Position numbers and translations under genes: made by a program. This document shows, in pieces, positions 12,151-25,720 of a stretch of 64,000 bases of DNA; position 1 is the stretch's first letter, and each line of letters opens with the position of its first letter. The stretch covers positions 31,062,001 through 31,126,000 of the forward strand of contig OX638158.1 in the NCBI GenBank assembly GCA_951804945.1. Direction: 5' to 3'. A model generated the notes under the pieces. The model had not been told where the DNA came from and searched no databases. It was given only the letters and a program-made list of their open reading frames with translations. Source of the DNA: Podarcis cretensis (taxonomy: Eukaryota).

Positions 12151-15100
12151 AAGAAGGACCAGAGACCAGTCTGACCTATGGATGGGGCCAGCCCTAACAT
12201 TAGACAGAGTGAAGCAATCACCTCAGGTTGCAGATGTTGCTGCTGCTGCTGAAACGTTGGAAAGACAGAAAAGGAAGAGGGTCATTGCTGATGTAGCTGG
12301 AGAACAGGCAGGCTAGAGCTTTCACCTTCCACATCCATCTTCTCTGTTGCAGAGAATGACAAGGGAAAGGCATGTGGTGAACTTATCGTATGAAAAATCA
12401 TTATGTAATGTGGTTATGGGATGCCACTAAATGTGATAACTGAGTCATGTATTCCGATCTGTGTTTTGTGGGTGAAGCACGTTGGCAACTGTTCACCATG
12501 TGCACTCTTTCCTGTCCCCCCTTTGTGCCAAAACCCTTGTGTGACTCAGCAAGCCACTAACATTAAGTTTGAGCCAGTAATTAAACCACAGCTTCATAGA
12601 TTGCATGTTGAAGAGCAAAGAATTGAACCTGGGTCTTCCCTGGCCCTAATTTTCACTTGAGTCATTAGGCATCAGTTTCTCCTAATAAAACAGAGCAGAG
12701 ATGAGGATGATAATGTAAAGCACTTTAGGTTCCGATGAGTGGTTCGTGAAGGACATGTTCTGTTTACATGAACTGTCTTGATTGTTCTCAGGCACATATC
12801 TGTGAGGACAAACTTTTGAGTCCTCTAAACAACCTGTTGATTCCGCATTCATCCTAATTTTCTTGCAGACAGTTTATACAGTGGTTAGGTTATATCTAAT
12901 CTTCAGTAATCTTCAGGGGGTTTTGTGTGTGGCAGTTATACAACAATCAGGATCCATCCTGAGTTGCTTGTGAGGTGTTTACACACCTTCATTTGTTCTC
13001 TTCGCTATCACTTTCCTAACTACAACAAGTCCTTTTAAAAAGTAGATTTGTTGCACTAGGGTGGCAGCCTACTTTAATCCAATTCACTTGTACAACTTAA
13101 TGTTTCAATGTGCGCTTAAATGCCTCTTGCAAAATAGTGACCATATGAAGGAACCTCTGTGTGTGATTCTCGTGATCATGGTGGCTGGCTCGAAGAAAGA
13201 ACCATTTTGATCACATGAAGTGTACCTGGTCATATCACCCAGTGTATTTATCCACATAAATTCATACTCTGGGATAGAAATATATTTCAAAATCTTGTTC
13301 AAAGAGTGGCATAGAAATGTTAAATAACAATTCTGTTTTCAGTACACAGAGAGAGATGCAATCACTTGCTGCCTTCAAATCTGAGCTCTTACCCCTACCC
13401 TCTTGTCAGTTGTCACACAATTCTGGATGATAAAATGCTTCACTGGAGACTGCAGAACCAGGCATATTTTAAGTGGTACAAACTGTTGTGACAGAGGTGG
13501 CCCTTTGCCTACCACTCTCTGAAGCACCTCTCTTGTGCCTTCAACACCAGATACCTTTTTCTCCTCATTAGGAAGCTCAGAATTTGAGACCAGCTGCTTC
13601 CAGAAGAATCAAAATACACCCTCCAACCTTCTGGCTGCAAAACCAGCTACTTCTGAAGCCAGAAAGGGGCAAGCTAAAGGCCATTAACTACCTGTGATGG
13701 CCAAATGAGCAAGCTTTCTTCATATTAGTGCATGTGCAAGACAGAGGGAGATGCAAGATTCATGAAACTAGGGAGCAATTTTCAGGGCAAGGCTGTAAAA
13801 TAACTATTGGTATAGTGGTTCTTAAGGGAGGATGGAGCAGAGAATGTCCATTTCTGTGACCTCAAATGCCAGTAACATTTTGGGTAGATGCAAGGAAGAA
13901 GAAAGAGAGTGAGAGAAATTTTGTTGGATTGTCATGTTCCCTGAGGCTCTTTCTCAGGCAGCTTTTAATTTTTCTTGAGAAAGGGCACATTTGTTAGCAT
14001 TGCTGCTCCTGAATATTGCATTTTTTCCTTATTAAATAAGGCTAGATTTGCACAAAGACCCACATGAATTGACTTCCCTTTTCTATAACCTACACAGTTC
14101 TTTGATCATTTTCTGTCTAAACCCACGTGATGGAAATTTACCTTGAATACATCTTGGAGTATTCCTTTCTCAGTGAAGCTCTTATCACACAATTAATCTG
14201 TTCTGGTTTCCACTTGGGATGTCTTCCTTTTCACTACGAAAGCAGCACACCCTCGTTCCATAGATACGGATAAAGTTATCCCTCCCTGCCAGAGATAAGT
14301 GATGAGCATGGGCGGTGATTCAGTGGGCTCCTCCTCATTTCTCCTGTGAATGTGTGACCTGTTCCATCACTAGGTAATAGATAGCTAGGCAAGCTGCATG
14401 ACTGCAGCTGGGCATATTTAAAACCAGCAGTCCAAGATGGGGAGGCACTCCCCTGTTTAAATCAATTGAGAATACACATTTGTAACAGGGTGACTCTTGA
14501 CCCTAATGGATTGTGCAAACGTGTCCTATTTCTTTTGTCAGAAATCATGGCATCTCTCCATGTAAATTTTACCTGAAATTGGCTTTTTACAAAAGGCGTA
14601 CATGATTCCCCCCCCCCCCTGCATCACTTGATCTACCTGTGCCAGTTTCCAGGGGAAGCAGAAGTGGGAAATACTGACTTCAAAAATAAGATAATCGCTG
14701 CTCTTCTATTCTAGGGCAGCAGATTGTCTTCATGACTCATGGTGTTCTTTACTGCAGATGCCCACAGTGACCTGTTCAGGTGCTCATAATGGGCTTGATT
14801 CAACTAGCTGTGTGAGAGGGAGCTAGAGCAGCAAGTCCTGCTAGTGCAATCGTATCTCCCCCTCTCCTCCCCCACTCCCCCAGTTCAGTTCTAGGTGGGG
14901 GTCGGGAGATCTCCCAGAACAGTGTGCAAGGATAAGAGAGGGGCTATGTACCCTGAGGCCATTTGGGTAAGGAAATGTTAGGAGATAGAGAGCAGCAACA
15001 TCAACAGGTTCTGTAGTCTGATGGAGGTTCAGATGTTACATTTCTTGTCCATGTGAGTTGAATGGGCCCTTGCCATTTCAAACATAGCATGTGATGCCAA

Positions 15101-15628
15101 GTCATTGCAGATGTTGGCCAACTACATCAGTTGCATCCACATCACAGACTTAAACCCCTTTAAACAACTTCAGCTGTTTGGGCTTTCACTTGAAGAACCT
15201 TGGACATCATTAGGTCTGTAGAGAGAGCTTTACAGGCTCCAATCCCCAAGGTTTAAGTTTGTGGTGTGGGTGCACCCATCCTTTGCAATTATGGAACTTT
15301 TCCTGGACATTGAGATAATGGAAGTTTCTGCTACGTACATCCACATTATGTTTGCATATCTGCATTTAAACTTTAGGGTGCTTGGGATGTGTGCAGAAAA
15401 ACCATCACTTCTCAACCACCCTTGAAAGATTTTGACCCTCCCTGATTAGAACATTTTGCTAAATGCATTCAGTTTTTTTTCCTGATCCCCCCCTCTCCAT
15501 TCAGAATGCTCTCTTCTAGCATAACAGCTGTTGGACTAAGATAGAGGTGAATAGTTGTGTTCATTAAATACTCTTTTATCTCGCTGACTTATTCTTTTGC
15601 CTCTGAACAAGACTTTCTCAACTTGGTT

Positions 15629-15879
15629 GAGAGCCAGTGTGGTGTAGTGGTTAAGAGCAGTATACTCGTAATCTGGGGAACCGGGTTTGCGTCTCCGCTC
15701 CTCCACATGCAGCTGCTGGGTGACCTTGGGCTAGTCACACTTCTCTGAAGTCTCTCAGCCCCACTCACCTCACAGAGTGTTTGTTGTGGGGGAGGCAGGG
15801 AAAGGAGAATGTTAACCACTTTGAGACTCCTTCGGGTAGTGATAAAGCGGGATATCAAATCCAAATCCAAACTCTGCTT
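15629..15879 (+). mobile_element. Squam3-like tRNA-derived CORE SINE
   Basis: GAGAGCCAGTGTGGTGTAGTGGTTAAGAGC head with A/B boxes, GGGTGACCTTGGGC core, short CTT-type tail. Confidence 0.85.
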
Positions 15880-15905
15880 CTTGGTGCCCTACAGATATTT
15901 TAGAC

Positions 15906-16041
15906 CAGGCATCCCCAAACTTTGCCCTCCAGATGTTTTGGGACTACAACTCCCATCACCCCTAGCTAACAGGACCAGTGGTAAGGGATGATGGGAACTG
16001 TAGTCCTAAAACATCTGGAGGGCCGAGTTTGGGGGTGCCTG
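15906..16041. mobile_element. 136-bp palindromic hAT-type MITE
   Basis: CAGGCATCCCCAAAC...GTTTGGGGGTGCCTG with long internal inverted repeat; degenerate TSD ttttagac/ctatagat. Confidence 0.85.
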
Positions 16042-17333
16042 CTATAGATTTCTAAGTTTACAAAAATGCATGCATTGTCTCTCTTTTCAAGTTATTCCCT
16101 CCCCCCCTACAGATCAGTTCCATTTGTTGTGAGACATCAGTGCTGCATACAATGTTAGGTTAGGAAGAAAGGAGGGGGAAAGAGGGAGAGGGGGGAATTG
16201 TGAGTGGGATGGGGTCGGCTGGCAATGCTTCTATTCTTCTATTTAGTGTATATGTGGGGTTTTGTGTCAGCATCACTTGTATGGGTTCTCTTACTATTCA
16301 CTTGTTGTATTTCCTTGGTGGTGAGATAGGTTGGGGTGTGGCTTAGGTTGTGGTTGGTTGTCTTTGGTTGGTATTGATGGGAGTTGTAGTCCAAAACATT
16401 TGAGGACACTATATTAGGAAAGGCTGCTCTCTAGGTGTCCGTTGCAGCCTTGGCATATGAATGGCTAATTGTCCTTCTCAGTCACTGAAATGTGGCTCCT
16501 TTTGTATGATGTAATCACGCATTAGCCAAAAAAAATGCCAGCAACTCTCATGCACAAGGTTTCAATTTAGCTGCTTTGAGATTGGCTCAGTTTATTTTGT
16601 GACACGTTGGCAGCAATTCTAATCTCACTTACCTGAGAGCCAACCCCATTTAATCTGGTAGGTTTTCTCTGCATACATGGTTAAGCTTGTGTTGTTAGTT
16701 GAAATTCTCCAGACTGACAGTGGGTTTTTAACGAGTGATTATTTTTAAGACACATCAGGGCTGAAATTGCTGCATATTTAATTGCTGTGGACTATTTCAT
16801 TAGATATTGGTGGGTCTCTATGATGGCAGTGATGTCAGCAGTGGGCGTGGAAGAGGCAGGTTATTTTTCCTGTGATCCTGCTTCTCCTAGGGGTCCACAG
16901 CCACCAGTTTCAGGGCTCCCACTTTCTCATTTTGATGCTGTGTTACTGCATATTGGCTTTTCAAAGTAAGGGCACAGAGCAGGGAAAGTTTGGCTCTCTG
17001 CTTCTATTTCTAGTAAAGAAAACTGGATTCCAGCAATATGGTAGCTGCATACACATGCATCTTGGTAACCAGGGAAGGGATAGTGCTGCAGTATCCAGCC
17101 TTTCCTGGGAAGAAAGAGCCATGCAACTGAAGTAGCCTAGCTGCTAAGCAACTTAGGTCACATCCACACTATGCATTGAAAGCACTCTTATGGAACTTCT
17201 AACATTTATGGCTTTCCCCAAAGAATCATGGGAACTGTAGTTTGAAAAGGGTGCTGAAAGTTGTTAGGGGAACCTTGACATACTTTAGCTCCCTGGATTC
17301 CTTGGGTGAAGCTATGCTTGTTAAAATGGGATA

Positions 17334-17700
17334 AAGGTAAAGGTAAAGGTACCCCTGCCCGTACGGGCCAGTTGTGTCCGACTCTAGGGTTGTCCGCCAA
17401 TATCACTTAAGAGGCCGGGGGCAGCGCTGTCCGGAGACACTTCCGGGTCACGTGGCCAGCGTGACAAAGCTGCTCTAGCGAGCCAGCACCAGCGCAGCAC
17501 ACGGAAACGCCGTTTACCTTCCCGCTATAAAGCGGTACCTATTTATCTACTTGCACTTAAGGGTGCTTTCGAACTGCTAGGTGGGCAGGAACTGGGACCG
17601 AAAGACGGGAGCTCACCCCACTGCGGGGTTTCTAACCGCCGACCATGCGATCGGCAAGCCCTAGGCACTGAGGTTTTACCCACAGCGCCACCCGCGTCCC
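17334..17700 (-). mobile_element. Sauria SINE, second subfamily
   Basis: (AAAGGT)n tail at the left end, ...cccgcgtccc head at the right; TSD ttaaaatgggata/ttaaagtgggata; inserted into a palindromic MITE. Confidence 0.93.
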
Positions 17701-18871
17701 TTAAAGTGGGATAAGAGTGCTTTAAATGTGCAACATAGATGTAACCTGACAGTGCGATCCTACCCATGGTTGTTTCCAGGCTAACTGTATATTGAGCATT
17801 CATTGTGATTGTTTGCACAAAATTCATAGGGAGGTTAGGTGACCTCTGCTAGTATTTACTGAGCATTCATTGTGATTTGTTTGCAGGGAGGTTAGATGTG
17901 GTGTTCCATCAATTAAATGTTATCCCACACTTCCCAATGCATTTTTCCTTTCCTTATTGCAAAAGGTCCAACCTAAAATTTGCTGATAATGTGATGGAAT
18001 CCCTGAAAATCGCAAAACTCTGGATGCACCCCATATCTACTGAGAAGTGAGTCCTATTCAGTGGGGTTTACTTTCAGGCAAGTAGGGTTGGGATTGCAGC
18101 CTCAGCAAAGCAAGAGGAACTGGAGGTGGACAGGAGTCCCAGTCTCTTCAAAGTCCCAATATTTCTTTTCAAGTTCCTTATTGTCAGCTGAGGTACCCTT
18201 CTCAATTCAGATGACAAATTCGGGTTGATTAAGTGGTGTACATTTTGTTAGAGAAATTATTTTATGATTTGCATTGAGAAATCATAATAATTTATCTGCT
18301 AATTAGTGACAACCAAGAAAATCAACAAGCTCCTTACTTTGCATAAATGCAACACACACCCCAGATATGTTGCTAGTCTGCAACTATTTTTTTACAGAGC
18401 CATATTTTGACTGATAAGCAACAACCAAAGGGCATCAACACTGGCTCAGCTCACTGAATCTCTCCTAGTGAGCTGGGAGACAGGAAAAGGACACTTTCAA
18501 CTGATGCCTTAACCACTGGACCAAACTGGATGAGATGCTGGAGCTCCTTGATTGGATCTCTCAGTTCTTAGGTGGTGTTTTTTGTTTTTGTAAAAAGCAG
18601 TCAGAAGGAGTGGAGAAAGAGCTGAGTGTAAGAGCCAGCTGTTCTGCCCAAGGCTACTGAAGATATCATTGTTAATTTACATTAATTAACATAATTATAA
18701 TGCATGCATTTTTTAAACAAGTTGATTTGTGAGGTTATTCAGCTGAAAATATTCTAATAATGAATAAATTACACATGATATCTCCATTGTTCACCACTGC
18801 CATGGGATGTGGGCTGGTGGAAATGTTCCGTGCTGCTGGGTTATTAACCCAAAAGAAATATCAGGAGCCAA

Positions 18872-19208
18872 TGAATCTGCCTTCTACCAGATCCAACTAC
18901 TTCTTGCTGACTACTCTGATTGGCACTTGTTCTTCAGGTTCTCAGGCAGACGCCTTTCCCATCATCTGCTGCCCTATCTTCTGTTGAATGGAAGTGTCAG
19001 GGATTGAACCTGGGACATTCTGCATGGTCCTAGCTATGGTCCTTTCACACTGTGTCCTACAAGGGAACATAGGAAGCTTATACCATCAGACCATTCATTC
19101 ATTTAGCTCAGTATATATAGGCTACACTGGTTGGTACTGGAGATGCTGGGGATTGAACTTGGTACCTTGTTCATTCAAAGCAGGTGCTCTACCAATGAGC
19201 TATGGCCC
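18872..19208 (-). mobile_element. Two adjacent tRNA-Ala-like SINE copies
   Basis: gggattgaacctgggac and ggagatgctggggattgaacttgg...gctctaccaatgagctatggccc. Confidence 0.65.
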
Positions 19209-20511
19209 TTCCTCACGTGGGTGATCTCCAAACAGGGGAAATGGCATGAATCAGCCCTAAGGGCCAAAGAGTCCCTATCCACTCCTATCCTGCTCCTCGA
19301 ATTACAGTACGCTGCCTCCCTAGGAAGTAACTAAGCACGATCCTGCTGGCATCTGAGCTGGATTGATTGAAGGATTTTATTTGAGCTGGATGGGGTGGGG
19401 GCTATTCTCTGTCAAGAGGGTGCTCTTAGCTTCACAGTGCCCATACTGGTTAATCTGCTTCTGCATTCATGCAGCCTGTAATGAATTGTTTAGGCTGTAG
19501 CAAATTGGAGTAGATAATCTGTCTGATGCAGCAATTCCTTCCTTCCTTCACTCACAAAAAAAGGTATCCCTGGTGCACTACCAGACCAGTTGCTACCCCA
19601 CCAGTGAGTGCTCTAAGGCATAAACTGTGTCTTTCAATGCCAGAGGAAGAGAGTTGTGCTCTTCACTATGGCGGATACCTGGCAGCGGGAGTGCAAAAGA
19701 AATCCTGAAAATAAAACTGTGAGCGGAAACTGGGAAATGCTAATGAGGTTGCTTTCCATAGCTTTGTTGCATTGTATTGTTAATTATGAAGCCGTGTAAA
19801 AAGCATAGCTTGGAATTGCCATCCTTCTAGTCTTTTGGAGCTTCCACAACAAGCAAGCCTTTTCTCCCAGCAGGCTCCAACTAACCTTTCACCTCTGTGG
19901 CCTTGACGGAACAGAAGGTGGACTCAACAACAGCATGCTGGGAGGCTGTAGGGAAAATCCTGCTCAAGTTGTGAAAGGGAAAAGGGATCTGCTTCTATGT
20001 GTGATGTGTCTCAGAAGTCACTGCCCGGTTATCTGGAACAAACGTATCACCAAAGGTGCAAAAAGCAAACAGTTTTGAGAAAAAGGAGTTGGGTATTTTG
20101 GGATTTTTGTGGTGTGCCGTAAGAGCATCCTTGTGCTTGGATTGACTGGAGGCAGATCTGTGTTTTTTAATGGTTGGAAAATGAGAATGAATGAATGGGC
20201 TCAAAAAGGGCTTTTGCTGGTATGGTCACAATGGCCAGCATTTTTTATGGTGCCACCAAGACACTGGATTGCTGCAATGACCTGTATCTGTCATAATGGT
20301 GCTGGGGTCAAACCTGTGGTATAATGCAAATTCTGTGGCCATGTATGTAATCATTTTGGGAACCAGACACATAAGGTCTAATTGCTTATATTTTTTAAAA
20401 AAAGCTTTTTCTTTGTTTTTAATGCTGATGGGTTGATGTTTATTTGTTTAATAATTGGTTTGTGTATTTCAACCATGCTTTAGCTATGATTTTTTGGATC
20501 AAACAGTTTAT

Positions 20512-20556
20512 TAAACAAACAAACAAACAAACAAACAAACAAACAAACAAACAAAC
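20512..20556. repeat. (AAAC)n microsatellite
   Basis: Direct reading. Confidence 0.95.
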
Positions 20557-22688
20557 AGTGTAGCCATTTAGTGAACCCATCAGTGTCCATTTGGGATATT
20601 TGCCCATGTGTTTCCTAATCCATCCTCACACTAAAATAACAACAGCTTGTATCCACCACTGCATGAGCAGAGCTTTGCTCTTGCAATGGGACTTCTGTTT
20701 CCTCCACCTCCCCCAATCTGTTCCAGAAAGTCCAACAAACCCCCAGAGCTGATTTTGAGGGCACATGGGGCCTTGGGGGACAGGAGAGGAAGAAGTTCCA
20801 TTGGAAGCATGCAAGTTTGTTGTGCGAGTAGAGCTGTTGCGATGGATGCAACCTTCTGAACAGGACTTTGGGTGAACTATAAGCAGATAAAACAAGCCAT
20901 GTGTCCCTGCCAGAAGACAACACACCTTTGTATCTCACCAAGTCCCACTGAGTTCAGTTTGATATGCTCCCGTGTATGTCTGCACAGTACTTATATCGCT
21001 ATCTTATGCAAGTTTACTCTGAAGTAAGTCCCACTGCATTCAGTGGGAATTACTGTCAGGTAAGTGGCATAGAACTGCAGCTGCAGAGTATCAGTAAAAT
21101 ATTACAGAATACTGGCAACGCATGCTAACATTTTAATTTAAAATGTAATTTATGCAAACAATTTCAGATCTTAATGCATTATCCACAGGGTCGTGAGAAT
21201 GTGCAAAGATTTTTCCTTATAATTGTTTTACTTGGTTATAAGGAACATTTATTTGTACTAATATTTCTCTTAAAATAGATTCTAATAATTTTTAGCTAGC
21301 TTCAGATGTTATTTCAGAGTAAGCATTCTGTAACTCAAACATAAGTTTTTGATCTAGACACTATGATGATCCCCATCATGCCATCCTGAAATATACAAGG
21401 AAATAATAGACTCTGGGTAGCCTCACCTGTGATCCTCCCACTTCCATCAGCCACAATGAGTGTGACCAGTGGTCAGAGACTCCTACTCCTGACATCTATC
21501 TGGACAGTCACAGATTCCTACCCCCCCCCCATAATAGACCGTTCTGTTAATATGCAAACTGCCATTTCTTTTGGGAAGATTTCCTCACTTTTCTTGGGCG
21601 TAAAATATTTGCACATCTCCAACATAATGTACTCATTTCCCTGTGTTCTTGCTGCAGTTCTAAATATGCTGCGCATCTGTAGATGCTTCCCCAGTGCCCG
21701 GGGTAAACTCGCCTTGATGGAAAGAACTTGAGATATAATTTATTAAAACAAACTAGAAGCAGGTATAAAGACTGCCCACAGATTAGAGAGCAAGGTGTTG
21801 GCCCCACTGTGTCCAGGCGTGACTGGAATGCCTGGAAACAGATCTGCACGGAGAACAAGGGTCTGCAGATAAACAGCAGGAGGTGCTGCACGTCTAGACC
21901 AAGCAACATTGATTGAACATGGGCTGTATAGCAACAGCACAACAAAGGCAAGCTCATGGGCAGAAAGATCTGGGAAACGCGGAAGATAATGTTCCGCTTT
22001 CAGAGTGGAGACAGGATTATGAGCAGATAAGCTCTGTGTTTTGGATCTTTGTCACTGATAAATCCTCTACTGTTGGCAATTGGATTTTACTGGAAATTGA
22101 TGTTTTTAAATGCTTTCGCATTGCTACATAAGCCACCCCAGTGTGACACGCTGTTCTGTGCTGCCCTCTTTGTAATAACACAATGAGGGGAGACGCATTC
22201 CATCACACAGCAGACCAGAACGCCATCGCATAAGGCGCCAGGAGGGGGCACAATGCAGTCTTCTGTCAATAATTGCGCTTCCTCCTTGCGCTCTGGCATC
22301 TAAGCTGTTTTTATGTGTTTCAGAAAAAAAGCAAGTGCTCTTCCCTGCTAGGGCTCTTTAAATGAAGGGGGGGGGACACAACAGGGACATCATAAATGTT
22401 TATGCAGTGCCCCCTCTGCAATTGGTGCTCAGACACTTTACATAGAAGTTAATGCATTTAAATCTACATTTTTTAAAAGGAAAAAACCTTTTTCAAACCA
22501 AATAAACACTAGATGGAAGCCAACATTGGATGTCCGCGAAGAAGCGCAGGTGTTTTCAGAATGGGTGTAGGGGTCAGGGTGCTTCCAGCCTGTAACTATT
22601 CTTTTTTTGAGAGGGGAGATTCCATCACATACCAGCCAGTTCATGTTGCATAATTAAAGTTAGTCTGGGACTCCTACTTACTTATCAC

Positions 22689-22805
22689 ATTTATATCTCA
22701 CCTTTTCCTCCAAGGAGCTCAAGGTGGCATATATGGTTCTCCCTCCCCTCATTTAATCCCAACAACAGTCCTGTGAGGTAGCCTAGGCTGAGAGGCAGTG
22801 ACTGC
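22689..22805 (-). mobile_element. MIR/CORE-like SINE 3' fragment
   Basis: Reverse-complement similarity to the 3' half of 47372-47545. Confidence 0.6.
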
Positions 22806-23669
22806 ACTAAGGGTTTTTGCAGGCAGTTGCAACTGAGGACTTCTATACCCCCCCAAGTATCCCAGAAAAACTGGGACATCCTGTTTTCCCCTGCAACCAT
22901 TTGAGAGGCCATGATCTTGCATGATTTTGTGCTGATATCTCTCCTTGGAAAAAAATGCAGGGTGGGGGGCTGGGATCTCACATGGTGCCCCCAAAAGCAC
23001 ATTTTGGGGCACTGTGAGAGCACGCTTCCCCCAAGCACATATTCTGGACTCTGTAATATTCCACATGAGTCATGTGACCCGCATGAGAACGGATGGAAAG
23101 ATGCATGTCCCGGTTTTGGGACTCAACATCTTGGAGGGTATGGACTTCATGGGCACCAGCTTGCTCTCTCACATCCATGAGCTTTTGCGTAATTGTGCCT
23201 CCCCTGGGAGCCTAGAGGTTCTCCTCAAGTAAACCCCGTTGAAATGCTGACCTTACCTCCTTTTTTGTGTTCTGTTACATGAAGTACATGTGCCTGCTTT
23301 TCTAATTCAGCCAATAGTCATTATGTGTTTCTGAATGACTTAAGCAGCTGTTTGGTAGGGCACTGTGCCAGAACCAGCAGTGCTTCAGGGCTGCTGTGGT
23401 GAAGCCTTATGTCCTATGCTTCTCAGTAACCTTTCCTCACCTTTTGATTAATCTTCCTAAAAAGCCACAGTATTCCATAGCTGTTCACTTTGTGGAGCAG
23501 AGCCTTGCTTCAAGTGAGAACTGGAGCTGCTCAACACCATCCCCTCCCACCTGCACCTATTTAATAGCTGCCACATTAATTTTTTCCTGATTATTTTTTG
23601 TTTGTTTCCAGAGTGCACTGCTGTGTACCTGGTACCAGAGCTTACCTTTCAGATTCAGCTGGTTGCTAT

Positions 23670-23910
23670 TTCATTTCTGGGCCCAGTTAAAGGTACTCAC
23701 ACTAGTGCTGAGAGTCCTCAATGATTGAGGTGCTGGATATCTGAAAGACTGCCTCTATCCCTGCTGACCTTCTGGGGGCACCCTTGGGAGTTCAGAAGTA
23801 CAGGGAATCGTGACCCAGGAGAGGGCTTTCTCTGTGGCAGCCCCTAAATTGTGGAACTCCTACCCCACAAATGGGCTTCTGGCATCTTCATTGTACACCT
23901 TTCACTGGGG
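23670..23910 (+). mobile_element. Degraded L2 fragment
   Basis: TQERAFSVAAPKLWNS motif. Confidence 0.65.
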
Positions 23911-24468
23911 CCCATCTCTTTTGTTGAATTTACACTGGGGTGTTCCATTGATAATGGTACATTATATTGTTGTAACCTGCCTAGGGACCTTATGGGGAAA
24001 GGCAGGTTTGATGGCCATGTCCCAACCACCTGGCTTTCTGGCCACAACAGAGTGTATCCCTTTGTTTCTGCCACTCTTCCCCCATTTGAGGTATCCCCAT
24101 GTAAACATTACATATAAATGCAATGTCCCAAACCTGCTGAAACAAAAAATATTCTCTTCAGAACAAAATTGGATAAATATGATCCTTTAGCCCTAGTCTG
24201 AACCATCCCTAATTTACCAGGCTTCTTTGGTCTCAAGTAGGCTTTTTGTTCCTTGTTCCTTCTTCCCAAATTTGGATCCCCTTAATCCGCTTGTCTCTTG
24301 CCTGTCTGTCTATCTGTATTCATGGCATTGCCTGTCAATCATATGCTCCTCCACTTGGGACATTTGCTCAAAGAAATTTAGAGCTTTCACATTTTCTGCC
24401 CTCAGATGAGGGCTGTACTATCCTTCACATCAGCAATGGCAGATGCCTCAACCCTGTTGTTTAATTAA

Positions 24469-24606
24469 TCATAGAATCTTAGAATTGTAGAGTTGGAAAG
24501 GACCATGAGGGTCATCTAGTCCAACCCCCTACAATGTGGGAATCTTTCACCCATTGTGGGGCTCAAACCCACAACTCTGAGAACAAGAATCTCATGCTCT
24601 GAGCTA
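24469..24606 (-). mobile_element. Short SINE: tRNA-Lys-like head plus CR1 3' tail
   Basis: Reverse complement tagctcagagcatgagattctt...gtgggtttgagccccac joined to ggttggactagatgaccc...attctatga. Confidence 0.75.
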
Positions 24607-25449
24607 TTTGAGCCTTGACAAATCTGCCAGGTCTCCAAGTTAACCCTATACTCCCCATAGACAACAAAGCTATGTATCCCTTTGCCAGTTGCATGAAGAC
24701 ATAACAAGTACATCATATACACAAGCAGTCCAGGACTATAAATTCATTCCTTCAAAAGGGGGAAGGAAATTTTCAGCTGAATTTTAAGTCCCAGGGAAAA
24801 ATAGTATTTGAGAGTGAGATGTTATATGATAATGAAAACCATACAAGTTTTATACTTTTTCTAAATGTACTCTCTGAGTTTCAAGGCATCATGCTGAACG
24901 TTGATGCAGGATTCAAGCTAGAATCCTGAAGGGCCTTTAAAAGACAGAAAATGGTTTGTATGCAGTGTTGTGTTCATGGAATATGTAGGACCAGTCAAGT
25001 GGCTCACACTGTATAATGGATTAGAGAGTGATGTGGTTTGATTAAGTAGCAGGAAAGATGACTTTGGCAACAAGTTTCTAAATGGATTTTAGTGGATGAA
25101 GAGGGAATAGATGGGGTGAGACTCTCATTTTTAAATGACGCAACCAAAGTGGGACGTTGAATATGTGAGCTGAGTGGATTTTGCGTACAGTGTCCAGGCA
25201 GCATGTGGTGAAACAGTTGGGTGATTGCATCACTGCCCGCATAGATCATGGCATGATTCATGTGAATCGTTCCAATACTCAACCAACTATAGGCAACTTT
25301 GCAGGGGCCTGTTACATGTGGGCTGAGTTGCCAACCAAATTTGGCACGGATCCTGTCAACCCACATCCTCAATATGCCAAGTTTTTTTGGGGTATAATTA
25401 GCCGTAGATGGAGGTCTACCATGATGTTTCCTGGCCTCGTCAACAGTGT

Positions 25450-25452
<3 letters not shown>

Positions 25453-25484
<32 letters not shown>
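25453..25484. repeat. (AC)n microsatellite
   Basis: Direct reading. Confidence 0.95.
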
Positions 25485-25486
<2 letters not shown>

Positions 25487-25720
25487 ACAGATTGCGCTAC
25501 TTCTGCCAGTGGGGTCTGTATCGAGGGCTATAATATTATTGCCTTTTCATCATGAATGTGTTTATTGAGCCAGAGTGAGGAGGAGATATGAAAACTCCTC
25601 AGTATGGCCTAGAATGAGAAGAACATTAGTAAGCAAGCAAGTTCATCTAACATTTTGGATTGGTTCTATCAAAGCAAAGGACAGTTGCGCTGTGCATTTG
25701 GTGGTGGACTGTTCGTCAAC

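Noticed and set aside
11566-12316. 194/195-aa overlapping ORFs as host genes
   Set aside because: Sense and antisense readings of a Bov-B fragment plus flanks
16075-16370. Possible LINE 3'UTR fragment
   Set aside because: No tail, TSD or coding motif I could confirm
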